Shown here one piece after another: positions 60,580 to 64,000 of a stretch of DNA of 64,000 nt (positions are counted from its first letter, which is position 1; each line of letters starts with the position of its first letter). Both the position numbers and the translations under genes were made by a program. The notes beneath the pieces were generated by a model. It was given only the letters and a program-made list of their open reading frames with translations, had not been told where the DNA came from and ran no database searches. The DNA is taken from IMG/VR virus record IMGVR_UViG_3300027770_000027, positions 124,001 to 188,000 of that record; one strand, written 5' to 3'.

Positions 60580-61105
60580 TATCCAACATAATAGCCTCAG
60601 CCAAAGATTCTTCAACTATTTCTGGTGGAAGATTTTTATAAGCTTCTTCAACTATTTTGTTGAATTCTTTAAATTGTAAGGCAAACTTCATCTTATAATC
60701 ATGAGCATTTATAAGATCTTGTTTGGAAAGTTTAGAATATATAGAGGTTTCTTGTAAGCTTAAAGCTTCTAACAAAGGTTCTGCTATTGAATATAATATA
60801 GAAGCCACTCTATTATATAGTCTATCCAATGGAGATTTATAAGTTTCCATTAATGGTTTCTTTTTAAGTTTGTTGAAAAAATAATTTAAAACCACCGCTT
60901 TTTCTGTTTGAACATTACCTCTATTTAAAAATTCTCCACCACTGATGTGGTTTTTATTATAAGGATTATATACACAACCACTGCCAACTGCATCTGTTCC
61001 GCAATACATACACCCCTTGCCACCGATGTGAGCATGTGTGTTGGTAGGGGAAAACAAACAAGGCTGGCCAAAAGATTGTGATTGGCAGTAAATGCATCTA
61101 CTCAT
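60569..61105 (-). CDS. Hypothetical protein with two CxYC...C...H motifs
   Basis: CIYC..C..H and CMYC..C..H; TAAATA 5 nt upstream. Confidence 0.65.
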   Translation of the reverse strand: MSRCIYCQSQSFGQPCLFSPTNTHAHIGGKGCMYCGTDAVGSGCVYNPYNKNHISGGEFLNRGNVQTEKAVVLNYFFNKLKKKPLMETYKSPLDRLYNRVASILYSIAEPLLEALSLQETSIYSKLSKQDLINAHDYKMKFALQFKEFNKIVEEAYKNLPPEIVEESLAEAIMLDNEH

Positions 61106-61184
61106 ATTGTTATTTAGGGGATTTTAAAAACAATGCCATAAAAATGTTTCAAGAGTGTAAATATAGAAGAACATTTTATCTTCT

Positions 61185-64000
61185 ATGGGACTCCAAATAT
61201 ACAATCAACCCCAGGTCATTAACACCCTTATAGCCACCAATATATCTTCCCCTTCTTTGAGTGGTGTTCATTATGGAGACGGTGCGCCTCTGACAGACTT
61301 AAACGCTACCAACATTAGTCAAGGCACTTTAAATAACAGTAGACTGCCGGCAGTTGCAACCTTTACTACGTCTATTTCTTCTCCCTCTGTTAGTGGAGAT
61401 GGTGCTAATTTGACGGGTTTAAACGCTACCAACATTAGTCAAGGCACTTTAAATAACAGTAGACTGCCAGCAGCTGCAACTTTTGCTACCAGTGTTTCTT
61501 CCATAACTGTCAGTGGAGATGGTGCTAATTTGACGGGTTTAAACGCTACCAACATTAGTCAAGGCACTTTAAATAACAGTAGACTGCCAGCAGTTGCAAC
61601 TTTTGCTACCAGTGTTTCTTCCATAACTGTCAGTGGTATTTTTTATGGTGATGGTAGTAATTTATCAAATTTAGACGCTGGAGATATCATCCAGGGCACC
61701 TTAAACAACAGCAGATTACCAGCCGTTGCAACTTTTACCACCAGTGTTTCATCACCGGCCTTAAGTGGTAATCATTATGGAGATGGTTCTGCGTTGACTA
61801 ATTTAAACGCAACCAACATTGCCAGTGGTACTTTAAACAATAGTAGGTTACCTGCTATAGCCACCTTTACCACCTCAGTGTCTTCCCCAGCTTTAAGTGG
61901 TAATCATTATGGAGATGGTAGTAAATTGACCGGGGTGGTTCTTTCTACCGGTGGAACCATAACCGGTGACTTGAATATCACCGGTAATTTAAGTGCTCTA
62001 GGCACCACTACTCAAATAGACACCATGGTATTTGTTACTAGTGCAGTTTCTGTAACTAATACTGGTACTGGACCTGCTTTGTATGTAAAACAAACAGGTA
62101 GTAATGATGTGGCATCATTTTATGACGACACAACTTCAGCATTAATTATTAAAGACGGTGGTAATGTTGGTATTGGAGACAGCTCTCCCGGTTCTAAGTT
62201 ATCTGTTTATTCTTCTTCTGATACGCAACCAGCAGTAACTATTACTCAACTTGGAACTGCAAATGCTCTTATTATTGAAGATTCTACGAGCCCTGATAAT
62301 ACCCCATTTGTTATTGATGCAGATGGAAACGTCTTAATAGGATTATCAGCTACGTATGCAAGTCCGTTTAACTACCCCTTCCAAATATCCAGAGCAGGAA
62401 CTAGTGGAGCCACTTTTGCAAGATTCACGAACAGCACTTCTAGCGCAGGATTGAGATTTGCAAAATCTCGTGGATCCACCAACGGAACTTTTAGTGGTGG
62501 ACTTAGCTCAGGAGACAACATTGGAGTAATAGATTACTACGGAGACAATGGGGCCCTTAGTGCAACAAGAACTGCGTGGATTGCAAACGAAGCAGACGGT
62601 CTATTTACAGCTTCCAGTGCTCCAAGTAGATTCACAATTGCTACAACAGCTTCAGGATCAACAACTCCTGTTGAACGTTTGCGGATTGATAATGTCGGCA
62701 ATGTTGGTATTGGAGATACTTCTCCAAACTCCAAACTATCAGTTTACTCCACTTCTAATACAGAAGCCGCAGTAACTATTAACCAAACCGGAACAGGAAA
62801 CGCATTTGTTGTAGAAGATTCCACGAGTCCTGATAGCACACCGTTTGTAATTGATGCAGACGGAAACGTAATTGTTGGGGGACTTTCTGCATATAATGAT
62901 TCTACTACTACTGCTTCCAATAGTCGGATGCAATTACAAGTAGTAAGACAAGGTAACATTTCTTCTAGAATGGGTATGTGGACTTTCTCCACTCAAGTTG
63001 GAGATCGTGGAATATTTTCATTTAACAAATCAGCTGCAACTACTACAGGAATTGCTTCTGCTGTTTCAATTAATGAAGACATTGGTTCTATAGATTTTAA
63101 CGGTTACGATAAAGCTGTTGTTCCTGTTTTGCAAAGAGCAGCAATGATTTTAGGGGAAGTTGACGGAGTACCACTTTCAGGATCCGTTCCCGGAAGAATA
63201 AGCTTCCTTACTACTTCATCAGGGTCTGATGATGTTACAGAAAAAATGCGGATTACCAATGACGGCAAGGTTGGTATTGGGACCGAAGCCCCGGGTGAAA
63301 AATTGACGGTAGCTGGAAACATCAGTGCCCAAGGAAACATCAGCTCTACTTTTTACGGTTCTAATGGATTCGTAAAAGACGCGCTAAATCCAGGAATTTC
63401 ATCCTTCAAATCCTCTAATTCTAGATTTGATCTTCCATCTCAAGCTGCTTTTGACAGTTCTGGCAATTTATACATTTCCAGCAATCGTGCCATTCGCAAG
63501 ATAACTCCAGCCGGTGTAGTTTCAACTTTTGCGGGTTCACCGGGACAATCCGGTACATCAAATGGTACAGGAACCGCCGCCAGATTCAACACTCCAACTG
63601 GAATGGCGTTTGATTCCAGCGGCAATCTATTCGTAGCAGACTTCGGCAATAACAACATTCGTAAAATAAGTCCAGCTGGGGTGGTGTCCTCTTTTGCTGG
63701 TTCAACTGCAGGGCTCTCCGGATCAACAAACAATTCAACGGGATCTTCTGCTAGATTTTACGGACCAATTGGTGTTGCCATAGATTCTTCTAATAATTTA
63801 TTTGTAGCAGACTCTGTCAACAACACTATCCGCAAGATAACTGCTGCTGGTGCGGTAACCACTTTTGCTGGTATAGTGGGCTCAACAGGCTCGACAGATG
63901 GGGCCGGAACCGTAGCCACATTCTGGGAACCACATGGGATCACCATAGATTCTAGTAACACGTTATACGTTGCAGATAGAAACAATGCAAAAATTCGTAA
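61185..64000 (+). CDS. Tail fibre protein with 40-aa shaft repeats, GNVGIG motifs and NHL repeats, partial (runs off window end)
   Basis: Not in the ORF track. Read from ATG 61185 (MGLQIYNQPQV...); LNATNISQGTLNNSRLP repeats; FNTPTGMAFDSSGNLFVAD NHL repeats; TAAATA at 61158. Confidence 0.85.
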   Translation, partial: MGLQIYNQPQVINTLIATNISSPSLSGVHYGDGAPLTDLNATNISQGTLNNSRLPAVATFTTSISSPSVSGDGANLTGLNATNISQGTLNNSRLPAAATFATSVSSITVSGDGANLTGLNATNISQGTLNNSRLPAVATFATSVSSITVSGIFYGDGSNLSNLDAGDIIQGTLNNSRLPAVATFTTSVSSPALSGNHYGDGSALTNLNATNIASGTLNNSRLPAIATFTTSVSSPALSGNHYGDGSKLTGVVLSTGGTITGDLNITGNLSALGTTTQIDTMVFVTSAVSVTNTGTGPALYVKQTGSNDVASFYDDTTSALIIKDGGNVGIGDSSPGSKLSVYSSSDTQPAVTITQLGTANALIIEDSTSPDNTPFVIDADGNVLIGLSATYASPFNYPFQISRAGTSGATFARFTNSTSSAGLRFAKSRGSTNGTFSGGLSSGDNIGVIDYYGDNGALSATRTAWIANEADGLFTASSAPSRFTIATTASGSTTPVERLRIDNVGNVGIGDTSPNSKLSVYSTSNTEAAVTINQTGTGNAFVVEDSTSPDSTPFVIDADGNVIVGGLSAYNDSTTTASNSRMQLQVVRQGNISSRMGMWTFSTQVGDRGIFSFNKSAATTTGIASAVSINEDIGSIDFNGYDKAVVPVLQRAAMILGEVDGVPLSGSVPGRISFLTTSSGSDDVTEKMRITNDGKVGIGTEAPGEKLTVAGNISAQGNISSTFYGSNGFVKDALNPGISSFKSSNSRFDLPSQAAFDSSGNLYISSNRAIRKITPAGVVSTFAGSPGQSGTSNGTGTAARFNTPTGMAFDSSGNLFVADFGNNNIRKISPAGVVSSFAGSTAGLSGSTNNSTGSSARFYGPIGVAIDSSNNLFVADSVNNTIRKITAAGAVTTFAGIVGSTGSTDGAGTVATFWEPHGITIDSSNTLYVADRNNAKIR
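61295..61640 (+). repeat. 120-bp near-identical tandem repeats (about 3 copies, with further degenerate copies to about 61920)
   Basis: Sequence lines starting 61321, 61441 and 61561 are nearly identical. Confidence 0.85.

Noticed and set aside
62537-63985. Minus-strand and short plus-strand ORFs at the right end
   Set aside because: Shadows of the long plus-strand fibre ORF from 61185, which the track missed because it has no stop in the window.
1-64000. Stop-codon reassignment
   Set aside because: Conserved genes are full length in the standard code, and TAG/TGA end genes at expected positions (e.g. 32444, 20266).
1-64000. tRNAs, introns or inteins
   Set aside because: Intergenic gaps are very short, and the recognised core genes show no interruptions or intein motifs.

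Overview
A densely coding, AT-rich 64-kb segment of a large T4-like (myovirus) bacteriophage genome, almost all on the minus strand, using the standard genetic code. Order along the window: tail-fibre/adhesin and baseplate genes (1-31.8 kb, including gp6 and gp25); clamp loader, dUTPase, probable small terminase and a DenV-like glycosylase; the head module (gp23, gp22, gp21, gp4, gp13, gp20) and gp15; a DinG helicase, GroES and gp62; a QueC / class-II glutamine amidotransferase / glycosyltransferase / DUF366 cluster; primase; two tandem Tat-signal DUF1501 genes, which suggest a Verrucomicrobia/Planctomycetes-type host; and a second fibre gene running off the right end. Most notable: (1) the QueC-GATase-GT2-DUF366 operon, a candidate new 7-deazaguanine hypermodification pathway; (2) the Tat-exported DUF1501 pair behind a late-promoter motif; (3) a recurring junction in which a stop codon doubles as the TAAATA late promoter 4-12 nt before the next ATG, implying near-leaderless mRNAs; (4) a paralogous fibre/adhesin family with shared modules and a 44-bp exact inverted match between two fibre genes 56 kb apart. 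All product calls come from motif recognition by eye, not database searches.
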